DNA from: an uncultured bacterium
Lineage (GTDB): Bacteria > Hydrogenedentota > Hydrogenedentia > Hydrogenedentales > CAILVY01
Assembly (NCBI GenBank): GCA_937951485.1
Contig: CALEDJ010000029.1
Location: forward strand, 4,589 to 68,588
Length of the DNA: 64,000 nucleotides
Direction: 5' to 3'
The position numbers and the translations under genes are program-made. Below the pieces are notes generated by a model. It was not told the DNA's origin. It saw nothing but the letters and a program-made list of their open reading frames with translations, and searched no databases. The stretch's first letter is position 1. Each line of letters begins with the position of its first letter. Positions 63,348-64,000 of this stretch are shown in pieces.

Positions 63348-64000
63348 ATGGATACACGGCAAACAGTGACGTTGATTGCCATCATGGGGGTGTTTTTCGC
63401 CGGCCTGATTGCCGCCGCGTATTTCGGACAGCGCCAGGCCAGTGATCCCGCCGCCATCAGTACGACCAGGCGTTTTGCGGCCAAGCCGGGCACCATGCGG
63501 GAGAAGGCAATCGCGCTTACGACAAGCAAACGTTCCCTGGAATCCGAGCCCTCTTCCGGCGCGCCTGCGGATGGAGAGGCATTGCGACGGGAACAACCCA
63601 TGCAGGCGTATTCCCTCAGCGGACCAAACGATGAACACCGCCCCGCCTCCACTCCAGAGACGCGAACCGCGCGCGCGGCACTGAACGCTGCAAATCCCGA
63701 AGAAGGCATGCGACAGATCAGGGCGGCGTTGGATATGCCCCATGCCCCGGAGGAAGCCGCCCATCTGTATGCCGCTCTTGGGCAATTGTATTCCCAGTCC
63801 GACCCGCCGGAACTCGCACAGGCGGTGGCGGCTTTCGATGAGGCCTACCGGCTGACCCAAGACCCCGCCATGCGCGCCGCAATCCTGGAACAACAGGCGT
63901 CTATTCTGGCGCAACAGGGTTCTCCGGCCAAGGCCCTGCAGAGGATAGAAGCACTGATGAAGGAGGCTGTCCCGGAGGACTTCGAAGGCATCCGTTTGCG
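63348..64000 (+). CDS. Membrane-anchored TPR-like protein (runs off window end)
   Basis: Hand translation from ATG 63348: N-terminal TM (LIAIMGVFFAGLIAAAYF), then LYAALGQLY..AVAAFDEAYRL TPR-like helices; absent from the ORF track because it has no stop in the window. Confidence 0.7.
   Translation, partial: MDTRQTVTLIAIMGVFFAGLIAAAYFGQRQASDPAAISTTRRFAAKPGTMREKAIALTTSKRSLESEPSSGAPADGEALRREQPMQAYSLSGPNDEHRPASTPETRTARAALNAANPEEGMRQIRAALDMPHAPEEAAHLYAALGQLYSQSDPPELAQAVAAFDEAYRLTQDPAMRAAILEQQASILAQQGSPAKALQRIEALMKEAVPEDFEGIRL

Overview
A 64-kb, roughly 60% GC bacterial chromosomal segment made up mostly of housekeeping genes. The gene mix (many sulfatase-like and sugar-isomerase proteins, PilT paralogues, LDH-like Mdh) is compatible with an uncultured lineage such as Candidatus Hydrogenedentes, but that assignment is inference only. 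Core content: glgX; two sugar-phosphate isomerase paralogues; an aldo/keto reductase; metH; a WrbA-like flavoprotein; dnaG-rpoD-tRNA-Ile2; a reduced murC-ftsQ-ftsZ-pilT unit; tRNA-Leu-tig-clpP-(TauE)-clpX-lon-engB; a lipoprotein/sulfatase-like/glycosyltransferase operon; hisJ-like PHP, serA and icd; a degenerate histidine kinase; glyA; ExeA-TPR plus a second PilT; tadA; a complete mrpABCDEFG antiporter; a PspC-domain protein; rplJ-rplL with an L10 leader; and mdh. I see no CRISPR array, prophage or intact transposase. The unusual signal is mostly small-scale: a clean IS66-type MITE with an 8-bp target duplication, two homologous palindromic tandem arrays (one nested in a TIR-bounded element), an internally deleted IS4-like element, two pseudogenes, a 25% GC non-coding island, ftsZ coupled to pilT without ftsA, and a sensor-less kinase with a broken G1 box. 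I could not identify a clear multi-gene novel system. All family calls come from motif recognition, not database searches.
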